The notes: generated by a model not told the origin, from the sequence alone. Counted from the first letter of the stretch, positions 7,720 to 16,550 are shown. The stretch: 32,000 nucleotides of DNA from Candidatus Kuenenia stuttgartensis (GCF_900232105.1 NZ_LT934425.1:1230001-1262000); one strand, 5' to 3'. Translations and numbers: made by a program.

Positions 7720-9555
7720 ATGAATAGAAGAATAATTTTTATACTCATATTTCTTTTAGGCGTATTTCCTGTATGCTCTCTTTCCAAAGCCGGTGAGGAG
7801 ACTACTGGCGAGGCGAAGGAGGATATCTCAAATACCGTGCAGGGCGTATTGAACGAGGAGAGGAAAAACCTGGAAATGCTTCAGATGCAGTTGCAGGCTA
7901 TTGATGAATCAAGCGAACTCAGTGAATCATTAAATAAAGAGTTGAGAAATCTTGAGATGCTCCAAATGCAATTGCAAATATTAAGAGATCAGGAGTTAGA
8001 AGAAAAGGAAGATAATGGCGCCGGGACGAAGGCGGCTGAAAAGAAGAGTGGTGCTCCGGAAGAAAGAAAAGAGGTTTTTATACAACCAAATGAAAATATC
8101 ATGCTGAAAAAAGAACTGGACGAGTATGATATGCCGGTTTATTCAATTAACGCAAAACAGGTGCAGGTGTCTGAAATATTGAAAGCGCTGTCAGCAGTCT
8201 ATGGCAAAAGTATTATTGTGGATGAAGAAATTGCACCCGAATACTTGTCATCTTTTATAAATGTATCAATCAAAAAAAGCCCATTACAGGATATATTGGA
8301 AGTAATTATCGGAATGCGCAACCTGGAATTTATTCCGAAAGAGAACGCTATATTTGTTACCTCTTTGTCACAGCTTAACGTCGATACGGCATCTGACTAT
8401 TATAAGGATAAGGCTGCCCAAATATATCAAAGGGCACAAATAAAATATCCCAACGACAAAATGGTCGTCAAGGCGTATTATGAACTGGGGAATTATTATT
8501 ATGATCTGGGTTTCAATTTTCTTGCGTTGCAGGAATATCAGGTTGTTGTAAAAAAATATATAACGTCTCTCTTTGCAAAAGATGCTTTATTTAAAATCGG
8601 AGACTGTTATTACCGCCTCAATGACCCGGAAAGCGCCATTAGGGCGTATTTTCAGTTTATTTATGGCTATCCGAAAGATCCTTTAATTGCCGATGCTTTT
8701 ATGGGGATCGGCGACTCTTTAATGATGCAGGGGTTTTATGTGCGGGCAAAGGACACCTACGAAAGGGTGCTGAATGGATATCCGGAAACAGAGATTGCCG
8801 CTAAGGCGCAGCTTAACATTGCCAAAGCGCTTGCAAAAATGGAAAAACACCGGGAGGCGATTCGGGCATTGATGGAGGCCAGGGAACTCTATAATTCCCT
8901 CCATATAGGGGCTGAGATTGAATATTTAATAGGAAAATGTTTATTCTCGTTGAAGGAGTATGAGGATGCCAAAACAGTTTTGGGGAATTTCCTGGCCAAT
9001 GCGGGCAATGAGAGATATGCCGAAGACGCAAGTTTCTTATTGGGAGAATGCTTCTATAATAATGAGAATTATGTTGAGGCATTCCAGGTTTTTAAGAGAG
9101 CGCTGGAAACCTATCCAAACAGCAGCAATGTCCCACGCGGTATGTATTTTTTGGGAAAGTCTCTGCGGGCAATGCACTTTTATGATTCTGCGATAAAAAC
9201 ATTCCGGGAAGGGATACAATTTTGGCCAACTAATGAATATGCGGACAAAATGGCCATGGAGATAGGATGGTGTTATTTTGATGATGATAATTATGCGCGG
9301 GCGCAGGAAGGTTTTAAGGATTTTATAAAGAAGTACCCTTACAGCAAGGTATTAATAGAAGGAATGGTTGGCCTGGCGGATGCACTCTTCTGCGAAAAAA
9401 AATACGAACAAGCTGTGAAGGCATATATAGATGTTTTAGGAAATAGCAGCGAAAAGGAAATCAGGGCGTTTGCATTTGAAAGAATTGGCGCTTGTTATAA
9501 AGCTATGGGAAAACTGGAACAAGCAATAAAAGCGTTTCGTTTAGAGTTGGGATGA
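7720..9555 (+). CDS. Secreted multi-TPR protein with N-terminal coiled-coil repeat and a secretin/TonB-N-terminus-like (STN-like) module
   Basis: 611 aa. Signal-peptide-like start (RRIIFILIFLLGVFPVCSLSKA). Duplicated NLEMLQMQLQ segment. Block YSINAKQVQVSEILKALSAVYGKSIIVDEEI...PLQDILEVIIGMRNLEFIPKENAIFV resembles secretin N-terminal / STN modules. More than 8 TPR-like repeats to the C-terminus. Confidence 0.55.
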   Translation: MNRRIIFILIFLLGVFPVCSLSKAGEETTGEAKEDISNTVQGVLNEERKNLEMLQMQLQAIDESSELSESLNKELRNLEMLQMQLQILRDQELEEKEDNGAGTKAAEKKSGAPEERKEVFIQPNENIMLKKELDEYDMPVYSINAKQVQVSEILKALSAVYGKSIIVDEEIAPEYLSSFINVSIKKSPLQDILEVIIGMRNLEFIPKENAIFVTSLSQLNVDTASDYYKDKAAQIYQRAQIKYPNDKMVVKAYYELGNYYYDLGFNFLALQEYQVVVKKYITSLFAKDALFKIGDCYYRLNDPESAIRAYFQFIYGYPKDPLIADAFMGIGDSLMMQGFYVRAKDTYERVLNGYPETEIAAKAQLNIAKALAKMEKHREAIRALMEARELYNSLHIGAEIEYLIGKCLFSLKEYEDAKTVLGNFLANAGNERYAEDASFLLGECFYNNENYVEAFQVFKRALETYPNSSNVPRGMYFLGKSLRAMHFYDSAIKTFREGIQFWPTNEYADKMAMEIGWCYFDDDNYARAQEGFKDFIKKYPYSKVLIEGMVGLADALFCEKKYEQAVKAYIDVLGNSSEKEIRAFAFERIGACYKAMGKLEQAIKAFRLELG

Positions 9556-9587
9556 TGCCTGTCTCAGCCATAAAAGAATCCCCCCGC

Positions 9588-9662
9588 AATCGGCAGTCTA
9601 CGGTCGGCAAATTGCAAATTGAGGACTGAGCAAGGTGAGGAATCTTAGGATTTCTCACCTTG
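9588..9662. repeat. Heptanucleotide-periodic intergenic array, copy 2, ending in a 13-bp-stem hairpin
   Basis: AATCGGC AGTCTAC GGTCGGC AAATTGC AAATTGA GGACTGA, then hairpin CAAGGTGAGGAATC-TTAG-GATTTCTCACCTTG (9631..9662). Begins 33 nt after the stop of the 611-aa gene. Could act as a bidirectional terminator between convergent genes. Confidence 0.85.
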
Positions 9663-9753
9663 GCAGAAATGACAATTACAGGCATATTAAATTCTTCTAT
9701 GTCCCTAAGCACCATCCATTTTCCAAATCTTTAACTGCGTCTTTACCCCTGCT

Positions 9754-9993
9754 TCAAGCCGGTTGTTCGGCTTTTCCGGGGGGCCACTTTATTTGGAGTT
9801 TTCTTTGACTGATTGCACAGTCACGAAGATAAAGATTTATTAGGGTCTGGTATGGAATACCGGTATCCTCCGACATAGACCTGAAATAGAGAACAGTATC
9901 ACGGTCCAAACGCATAGTAACCGGTTGTTTTAAATACTTTAAATAAGGATTTTTACGCCCCTTCATTTTGGAAAAATCATAATGGTCTCTCAT
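9754..9993 (-). CDS. brnA: BrnA-type antitoxin (CopG-like)
   Basis: MRDHYDFSKMKGRKNPY...VTMRLDRDTVLYFRSMSEDTGIPYQTLINLYLRD matches the BrnA pattern. Its ATG overlaps the brnT stop in an ATGA junction (9990..9993). The TTG at 10008 is a less likely start. Confidence 0.8.
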   Translation of the reverse strand: MRDHYDFSKMKGRKNPYLKYLKQPVTMRLDRDTVLYFRSMSEDTGIPYQTLINLYLRDCAISQRKLQIKWPPGKAEQPA

Positions 9994-10283
9994 TGTCTGT
10001 TCCTCCAATATTCACTTTCTTCATCGCCATCGGCTTTCCTCGCAGAGATGATTCTGATAACTGTATCGCTTTCCCGGAAACAGTGGCAGATGACCAGAAG
10101 CCTAAGTTTATAACTTATTCCAAGTAAGATAAAACGATCTTCTTCGTGTGAATGGTCGGGATCAAAATATTGAATGGCATTTTCATCATAAAAGGCTATA
10201 CGCGCTTCTTCGAAGGAAATCCCATGCTTTTTGATATTGGACTTTTCCTTCCGGTTATCCCATTCAAATGTTAATTCGATCAT
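9990..10283 (-). CDS. brnT: BrnT-type toxin (DUF497 ribonuclease family)
   Basis: 97 aa. FEWDNRKEKSNIKKHGISFEEARIAFYDENA...RIISARKA is the characteristic BrnT signature. Confidence 0.85.
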   Translation of the reverse strand: MIELTFEWDNRKEKSNIKKHGISFEEARIAFYDENAIQYFDPDHSHEEDRFILLGISYKLRLLVICHCFRESDTVIRIISARKADGDEESEYWRNRQ

Positions 10284-10716
10284 ATGTACATTGTACTTAT
10301 AAAAATATTGATGTCAAGGTTCGGGTTCAAACAAAACAGGGAGTCAAATTTTTCAAAAACGGGATGCACCCTGACAAACTGCAAAACCCCAACTGATGAC
10401 CTTGTATAAAGTCTCCCGCCTCTTTATTGTCTTATAATTAGACAACGCGTCCATATTTTTTACTTATCAATAACAACGACAGGCGCTTCAGGTATGGTTA
10501 CCTGGTATTTTTTTGATAATTATTGTGACATAAGCTTTCTTTTGTAAAATAGTTGTGAGTCCATGTGCCGTAATTTCTGTAGTATCTGCCTGCAGGGTTA
10601 TTGTTGTCGGCCGTGTACGGCACTGCTTTTGCGATGCCCTTTATACTGATTGCATTTTTTTTAATATCATGAACTAATTAGTACCTTAGCAGTGATTTCT
10701 TTGCTTTTTTTGGCAA

Positions 10717-10785
10717 AATCCTCCCCCTTACCCCCCTCCAAAGGGGAAGAATGTCCCCCGCTGGCGGGGGTGCAGGGGGTGGATT
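10717..10785. repeat. G/C-rich imperfect palindrome (C5-7 / G5-7 runs) with central hairpin CCCCCG-CTGG-CGGGGG
   Basis: AATCCTCCCCCTTACCCCCCTCC ... GGCGGGGGTGCAGGGGGTGGATT. Central hairpin at 10755..10770. Sharply different in composition from its AT-rich surroundings. Confidence 0.8.
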
Positions 10786-10861
10786 CTAATTTTCGTATTT
10801 TTTATTTCTTTCTTGTTTGGTTCTGGCTACGCCAGCATAGGTAAACATAAGGACGTGTTAT

Positions 10862-11764
10862 TTGAGTTTTTTGAAAAAAACAGAGAAAAAGTTCCTGGTG
10901 GTTTTTATGGCTTTGTGGATGGGTGTGCCTGTTTTTATAAGTTCTGAAAGATGTTTGTTTAGCGAGACTGTAAACAGTGGAAAAAATGCAGGAACCGGAG
11001 AGATTCAGGACGTATCTCATGGAAGTTCTGCTTTGGTCGGTACTTTGTCTGGTGCGGGCGAACATCAAGGAGTGGAAAGGGTATTATCAAATCTCAACGT
11101 TGAAAACGAACGGCTTCGGGAATTAGAAAAGAAATATTTAACATTGCAAGGCGTTACTTCAGAGACAGGGATTGGGAAATATTTTAAATCAGGCGCAACG
11201 AAAGATATTGATTCTGTGGCGGTTCATGAAGTGGGCAATGTGTCAAAAACAGACGGCCAAAGCGATGCCGGTGATACATCAAACGAGATTTCAGAATACA
11301 CGCCATTACAGTATTCAAAAAACTTTGAGGATGCAGTGCCGCAAAAAGAAGAAGTTGATGCGTCCGTTGAGGATGGCGAGGAGAGAGCCAGGATGCACAA
11401 CCGGCTGCATCGCTATTTGACCGGCATAGAAAAAGAGACGCCTCCCATAACAATAGCAGAATGTTTTTATACATTGGGTGAATATGAAAAAGCCTTGCAG
11501 GGTTATAAAAATATTCCGCAAGAAGCGGTTACGCCGTATCAATACATGTGGGCCCGGTACCAGATTGCAAATTGTTTCCGGCAGTTAAAAAAATACGATG
11601 ACGCGCTGAATGAATTCCAGCGTTTTATCGACGAAAATCCGAAGAGTGAGTTAATAGTGCAAGCGAAATGGTATGTTGATGATATTGCCTGGTGGAAGGA
11701 ATGGCAGGGGAAAAATACATTGAAGAATAATAAATTGTTAATGCTTTCTGATAATAATGAGTGA
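10862..11764 (+). CDS. Exported/anchored TPR-repeat protein
   Basis: 300 aa from TTG (ATG alternative at 10907). Signal-like KKFLVVFMALWMGVPVFISS, acidic low-complexity middle, C-terminal TPR-like repeats (AECFYTLGEYEKALQGY, IANCFRQLKKYDDALNEF). Same architecture as the 6518..7456 protein. Confidence 0.55.
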   Translation: MSFLKKTEKKFLVVFMALWMGVPVFISSERCLFSETVNSGKNAGTGEIQDVSHGSSALVGTLSGAGEHQGVERVLSNLNVENERLRELEKKYLTLQGVTSETGIGKYFKSGATKDIDSVAVHEVGNVSKTDGQSDAGDTSNEISEYTPLQYSKNFEDAVPQKEEVDASVEDGEERARMHNRLHRYLTGIEKETPPITIAECFYTLGEYEKALQGYKNIPQEAVTPYQYMWARYQIANCFRQLKKYDDALNEFQRFIDENPKSELIVQAKWYVDDIAWWKEWQGKNTLKNNKLLMLSDNNE

Positions 11765-11794
11765 AATAATGGGAAAAGAAAACGGGGTTACGTT

Positions 11795-13117
11795 ATGAAA
11801 AATATTGCCGTGAACAAATATCCGAAAAAATTCAGGAATGAACTCGCAACCGCCTTTGAACAGTTTAATCTTTATACATTGCGTTTGGAAGAGGCTTACA
11901 ATAAGCTGCAAAGCAGGGTAAAGGAAATAGATAAGGAGATGGAAGATACAAATGCCCGTTTAAAGGATAAAGTGCAGGAACTCGACAGCCTTACGAAATA
12001 TCTAAATAGTCTTTTGGGAAGTATTCATAGCGGTGTTATCGCCATAAATGTGAAAGGGGAAATAACTACTTTCAATACGGCGGCAGAAGAAATATTGAGC
12101 TTCAGCGGGTCTTGCGTGGTAGGGGGAAATATAGCGTGTTTATACGAAAATGCGGACGGTGGTGAATCCTTGCTTACGGAGGCTATTAAAAAGGGGCAAA
12201 ATTTTATTAATGTTGAGCGTAAAATAAAGACCAGCCAGGGATTAACCAGGATGCTGGAAAGCAGCGTGTCACTGATTAAGGACTCGCAGGACAATATTAT
12301 AGGCGCTGTAGAGGTGTTTAAAGACTTATCAAAGATAAGAGATTTGGAGATGCGATTGAGAAAAGCGGATAAACTTGCAGCCATTGGCGCAATGGCGGCC
12401 AGTATTGCCCATGAAATTCGTAATCCACTAAATGGTATTGAAGGGTTTTCTGCATTACTTGCAAGGGACTTTGAAGATTCCGACCCCCGTAAGAAACTGG
12501 TAAAAAATATAATACAAGGCACAAAAAATCTGAACAAAACGGTTACCGAGTTGCTGGTATTCGCGCGTCCGGTGCGATTGAGTTTAATGAATAGCCGTAT
12601 ATCTGAAATTTTGGACAGAACACTCTTTTTTATTAAGGAAGACATGAACCGGAATGGAATAGATGCTATTTCTATCCATAAAGAATACGGCGCAGATGAT
12701 TATTGTTTGAAATGCGATGCGGAAAAATTGCAGCAGGTCTTTTTGAATCTTTGCTTAAATGCAATTCAATCTATGACATGCGGAGGCCATTTAACGGTAT
12801 TTACGCGGACAATAGAGGGAGAAAACGACAACGGCGTTGTTCAGATTGGCATAAAGGATACCGGAGTAGGAATTAAAAAAGAGGTTGTCCGGAAGATGTT
12901 TGACCTCTTTTTTACTACAAAACAGGATGGAACGGGGATTGGATTGGCAATTGTGAACAAAATTGTAGAAGCGCATAACGGCAAAATCTTTGTTGAAAGC
13001 GAAGAGGGAAAGGGAACGACATTTTATATTAATCTGCCCATAAATTCGCATGACTATATGGATTCGTACAGCGCCTTCGTTCCGGAAGAAGAGGCATTGG
13101 CGATGCAGTTTGCTTAA
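11795..13117 (+). CDS. Cytoplasmic PAS sensor histidine kinase (FlrB/FleS-like by context)
   Basis: 440 aa with no hydrophobic span. Coiled-coil N-terminus, PAS-like GVIAINVKGEITTFNTAAEEIL, H-box IAHEIRNPLNGI, N-box LNLCLNAIQS, G1 DTGVGI, G2 GTGIGLAIV. Confidence 0.85.
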   Translation: MKNIAVNKYPKKFRNELATAFEQFNLYTLRLEEAYNKLQSRVKEIDKEMEDTNARLKDKVQELDSLTKYLNSLLGSIHSGVIAINVKGEITTFNTAAEEILSFSGSCVVGGNIACLYENADGGESLLTEAIKKGQNFINVERKIKTSQGLTRMLESSVSLIKDSQDNIIGAVEVFKDLSKIRDLEMRLRKADKLAAIGAMAASIAHEIRNPLNGIEGFSALLARDFEDSDPRKKLVKNIIQGTKNLNKTVTELLVFARPVRLSLMNSRISEILDRTLFFIKEDMNRNGIDAISIHKEYGADDYCLKCDAEKLQQVFLNLCLNAIQSMTCGGHLTVFTRTIEGENDNGVVQIGIKDTGVGIKKEVVRKMFDLFFTTKQDGTGIGLAIVNKIVEAHNGKIFVESEEGKGTTFYINLPINSHDYMDSYSAFVPEEEALAMQFA

Positions 13118-13158
13118 GTAGCAAGTTATTTATGTCTTCCAGTCTATAGGGGAATAAA

Positions 13159-14529
13159 ATGAGTGTCGAGAAAATAATGGTTGTCGATGATGATGCATTG
13201 GGGCGTGAATACCTCTGTGAAACGCTGAAAAGAGGCGGATATGATGTTACAGGGGTTGGCAACGGACAGCAAGCCGTCTCGCGAATCGGCAAAGAAGATT
13301 TTGACATGATATTCATGGATATGAAAATGCCTGGAATGGACGGCATGGAGGCGCTTGAAAAGGTAAAGGGAATTTCGTCGGAAACCGTAGTCATTCTCAT
13401 GACTGCGTATGGCACTATAGAGTCTGCTGTGGAAGCTATGAGAAAAGGCGCTTATGATTACATTATAAAACCTTTTTCTCCCGATCAGATAGAGCTTTTA
13501 ATCTCAAGGGTGAATGAACGGCAGAAATTAATCGCCGAAAATAAATACTGGCGGTCTGCTTCCAATGTGGATGAAAAATCTGAGCCTGTGTACAGCAAAA
13601 ATTCTAAAATGTCGCAAATATATGAACAACTGAAAAAGATTGCACAGAGCAAGGCAAGTGTTCTTATACAGGGAGAAAGCGGTACGGGCAAGGAATTAGT
13701 TGCGCGTGCGATACATTATTTCAGCCCGCGCTGCGAAAAACCTTTTATTCGGGTAAATTGCGCAGCCCTGGCAGAGTCCCTCCTGGAAAGCGAACTCTTT
13801 GGGCACGAACGCGGCGCATATACCGGAGCGGTGGCAAAGCGTATAGGACGCTTTGAACTGGCAAACGAAGGTACGCTGCTTCTTGATGAAGTCAGCGAGA
13901 TTTCTCCCAATATACAGGCAAAGTTGTTGCGGGTGCTGGAAGAAGAGGAATTTGAGCGGGTTGGGGGAGAAAAAACCATAAAAATCGATGTCCGCATTGT
14001 GGCAACCACAAACAGGGATTTGGCAAAGGAAATACAAAAGGGGACGTTTCGCGAGGATTTGTTTTACCGGTTAAATGTTGTTCCAATACACTTACCGCCC
14101 TTACGGGAGAGGCGCGAAGATATCCCGTTGCTGGCGAATACCTATCTTGAAAAATATAGTTCGGAAAATAATTCATCTGTCAAATCGATTGAAAAAAGGG
14201 CAATGGATTACCTTTCCCAATACAATTGGCCTGGGAATGTGAGGGAATTGAAAAATATTATGCAAAGAGCGGTTGTTATGGGTTCATCGGAAGAGCTTGG
14301 ATTAGAGAACTTTACATCCCTCATTGACATAAAAAAATCCGAACATACCATGTGTAATGATTCCGTAAACATAAAAAAGAATGGTCAATCTATTGAAGAT
14401 GCAGAGAAGGAGTTGATTTTTACCACACTCGAAAAAACGGGCGGGAATAAAACAAAGGCAGCCGGGTTGCTTAAAATTACAACCAGAACATTGCGGAATA
14501 AACTCAATAAATACGTAATTGCTCAATAA
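13159..14529 (+). CDS. Sigma-54-dependent response regulator (NtrC family; FlrC/FleR-like by context)
   Basis: 456 aa. REC (MVVDDDALGREYL, FMDMKMPGMDG), GESGTGKE, GAYTGA variant of the GAFTGA loop, HTH GNKTKAAGLLKITTRTLRNKLNKY. Sits between the kinase gene and flgB. Confidence 0.9.
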   Translation: MSVEKIMVVDDDALGREYLCETLKRGGYDVTGVGNGQQAVSRIGKEDFDMIFMDMKMPGMDGMEALEKVKGISSETVVILMTAYGTIESAVEAMRKGAYDYIIKPFSPDQIELLISRVNERQKLIAENKYWRSASNVDEKSEPVYSKNSKMSQIYEQLKKIAQSKASVLIQGESGTGKELVARAIHYFSPRCEKPFIRVNCAALAESLLESELFGHERGAYTGAVAKRIGRFELANEGTLLLDEVSEISPNIQAKLLRVLEEEEFERVGGEKTIKIDVRIVATTNRDLAKEIQKGTFREDLFYRLNVVPIHLPPLRERREDIPLLANTYLEKYSSENNSSVKSIEKRAMDYLSQYNWPGNVRELKNIMQRAVVMGSSEELGLENFTSLIDIKKSEHTMCNDSVNIKKNGQSIEDAEKELIFTTLEKTGGNKTKAAGLLKITTRTLRNKLNKYVIAQ

Positions 14530-14580
14530 ATTGTGGCAATGGAGGTATTGGGGACTTGGGATTTCCCATTATACCGTAGC

Positions 14581-14750
14581 AATCTACAATCTACAGTCGG
14601 CAGTCGGCTTTCAATAGAGGTCAGATGTCAGAGATCAGAGATCAGAGGTCAGATGTCCGCGAAAAACTCTGACTTCTGACTTCTGACTTCTGAAATCGGC
14701 AATCGGCAGTCGGCAAATTGCAGATTGAGGATTGAGGACTGAGGATTGAG
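14581..14750. repeat. Heptanucleotide-periodic intergenic array, copy 3 (about 24 heptads)
   Basis: AATCTAC x2, AGTCGGC x2, then TCAGAKR x5 facing TGACTTC x3 (long imperfect hairpin), then AATCGGC AATCGGC AGTCGGC AAATTGC AGATTGA GGATTGA GGACTGA GGATTGA. Begins about 50 nt after the activator gene stop. Confidence 0.9.
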
Positions 14751-14801
14751 CAGAAGGCGATGTATTTTCCTACATACCGTGAAATTTTTTCTTAATAGGG
14801 G

Positions 14802-14815
14802 GGCAAAGATTTGCC
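14802..14815. promoter_or_regulatory. 14-bp palindrome GGCAAA-GA-TTTGCC, candidate enhancer (UAS) site
   Basis: Perfect 6-bp arms, about 100 bp upstream of the candidate -24 element of flgB. Nested in a wider CCGTGAA...TTCACGG inverted repeat. The functional assignment is inference only. Confidence 0.3.
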
Positions 14816-14915
14816 TTCACGGATGCAATAATATATTTTTACTTACGCTGTATCTTATTGATAAATAGATATATGTGTATTTTTATTGCATATTGTATTT
14901 GCTGTCTCTGTTTTC

Positions 14916-14931
14916 CGGTATTTGTTTTGCG
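14916..14931 (+). promoter_or_regulatory. Candidate sigma-54 promoter cGGTAT-N5-TTGCG upstream of flgB
   Basis: GG (14917-14918) and GC (14929-14930) are in the canonical 12-nt register, 27 nt upstream of the flgB ATG. Located downstream of a sigma-54 activator gene. Flagellar rod operons are sigma-54 class genes in several lineages. Confidence 0.45.
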
Positions 14932-14957
14932 ATGTTCTGTGGATAAGGAGAAAGATT

Positions 14958-15335
14958 ATGAATATTGGTTTAGATAAAACGTTTGGTTTATTAGAGAATA
15001 TGTTGGATGTTTCGTCTCTAAGGCACAAGGTTGTTGCAAACAACATTGCCAATGTAAACACTCCTGGTTACAAGAAAATGGTGGTTAATTTTGAGGGTGA
15101 GCTTGAAAAGGCTATACAAAGCAGTTCGCAGAAAAATTTTAATAAGTTTGAACCAAAGGTCGTAATTTCAGAAGATGTTGTAGATGGGACATTGCGCAAC
15201 GATGGAAACACGGTGGATATGGAAAAAGAGGTTGCTACTTTACTGAAAAATACGGGTTTTTATAAAATATATTCGCAGTTACTGGCAAAAAAATTTGATT
15301 TAGTAAAAGCCGCAATTGACGGCTCTAAAGGATAA
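14958..15335 (+). CDS. flgB: Flagellar basal-body rod protein FlgB
   Basis: MNIGLDKTFGLLENMLDVSSLRHKVVANNIANVNTPGYKK is the FlgB N-terminal signature. RBS aaggag lies 7 nt upstream. The longer ORF from 14886 lacks an RBS. Confidence 0.9.
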   Translation: MNIGLDKTFGLLENMLDVSSLRHKVVANNIANVNTPGYKKMVVNFEGELEKAIQSSSQKNFNKFEPKVVISEDVVDGTLRNDGNTVDMEKEVATLLKNTGFYKIYSQLLAKKFDLVKAAIDGSKG

Positions 15336-15346
15336 GGAGGGAAAAT

Positions 15347-15790
15347 ATGGGAATAAGTAAGGTATTTTCAGCGCTGGATATAAGCGCTACCGGGCTTACC
15401 GCGGAACGTATCCGCATGAATGTGATAGCAAATAATATTGCTAATGCAAACGCTACTAACTCTCCCGACGGCGGTCCGTATCGCAGGGAACAAGTGGAAT
15501 TTCAGTCTATTCTTAATAAGGCGGCTAATTTGTCCGATATTGATGGAATGGAACGTTTGGGCGGCGTAAAGGTGAGTAATATTATGAAAAGCAAAGAACC
15601 TTTTAATAAGGTATTTATTCCCGGGCATCCTCAGGCGGATGAAAATGGTTTTGTAGAGATGCCTAACGTAAACATTGCAACGGAGATGGTTGATCTGGTC
15701 ACGGCGTCCAGATCTTACGAAGCGAATCTTGCGGTGATAAATTCTTCTAAAGATATTACAAATCAGGCATTGTCAATTATTGGAAGATAG
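15347..15790 (+). CDS. flgC: Flagellar basal-body rod protein FlgC
   Basis: 147 aa. SALDISATGLTAERIRMNVIANNIANANAT ... VEMPNVNIATEMVDLVTASRSYEANL. RBS aaggaggg. Confidence 0.92.
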   Translation: MGISKVFSALDISATGLTAERIRMNVIANNIANANATNSPDGGPYRREQVEFQSILNKAANLSDIDGMERLGGVKVSNIMKSKEPFNKVFIPGHPQADENGFVEMPNVNIATEMVDLVTASRSYEANLAVINSSKDITNQALSIIGR

Positions 15791-15800
15791 GGGTGTAGTT

Positions 15801-16100
15801 ATGGCTGTTTTACCGATTAATAATAATGGCGATTCAATTCAACAAAACAAAGGGTTTGATTTTGTTGAAGAGCAGAAAGGCGCTTCCTTTAAAGATACAT
15901 TGGGAGGTTTTATCAATGAGATTAATGACCTTCAGGTGAAAGCCAGTGACAGTATCGAGAAGTTTTCCGGTGGAAAGATTGAAAACATCCACGAAGTTAT
16001 GGTTGCCATGTCAAAGGCGGAGGTTAGCTTTAAGTTTATGATGGAAACCCGGAACAAACTGGTAGAAACATACAAGGAAGTTATGCGTATGCAAATGTAA
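15801..16100 (+). CDS. fliE: Flagellar hook-basal body complex protein FliE
   Basis: 99 aa from the ATG at 15801. FKDTLGGFINEINDLQ...IHEVMVAMSKAEVSFKFMMETRNKLVETYKEVMRMQM is the FliE C-terminal signature. Confidence 0.88.
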   Translation: MAVLPINNNGDSIQQNKGFDFVEEQKGASFKDTLGGFINEINDLQVKASDSIEKFSGGKIENIHEVMVAMSKAEVSFKFMMETRNKLVETYKEVMRMQM

Positions 16101-16199
16101 CTGGAATAATACATAATACACATCGCAGCAAAGCCGCAACCAAAGAGAGTTTAACCACCTCGTCATTGCGAGGGCTTTTTCCGAAGCAACCTCATAAAC

Positions 16200-16510
16200 C
16201 GTCATGGAGATCCTTCCATCCTGCATCATTCCATTAATTAATTCTATTTTTTTAGCCCTTTGAGCCACCCTTAATTTGCTTCTCACGGGATATGGCGTTT
16301 CTTACGTCACGAAATATCTCGTAGTATACTGATTGCTTCGGAAAAGACCCTCGCAATGACAAGTTTTGTAACATTATACTTTTTTGTAAATCCCTCGACC
16401 CTCTTCTCTCTATGTTCATATACTCTTCTTTTAAGATTGTTCGTTACCCATGTGTAGAGTACTGTATCATTTTTATTCGTCATTATGTAAACAGAGTATA
16501 ATTTATCCAT
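16200..16510 (-). pseudogene. GIY-YIG nuclease family gene (UPF0213-type) disrupted by a 31-bp repeat insertion and a frameshift
   Basis: Intact N-terminus MDKLYSVYIMTNKNDTVLYTWVTNNLKRRVYEHREKRVEGFTKKYNVTKLV. The repeat CATTGCGAGGGTCTTTTCCGAAGCAATCAGT then interrupts. The family sequence resumes in another frame (YYEIFRDVRNAISREKQIKGGS), and after a 1-nt shift continues (RAKKIELINGMM). Confidence 0.8.
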
Positions 16511-16550
16511 TACAAATTACTTTGATTGAATCCGGTGTTATTGAAAAAGA

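Noticed and set aside
13029-13415. 128-aa (-) ORF spanning the kinase/activator junction
   Set aside because: It is antisense to two well-supported (+) genes and their RBS region, and has no recognisable domain.
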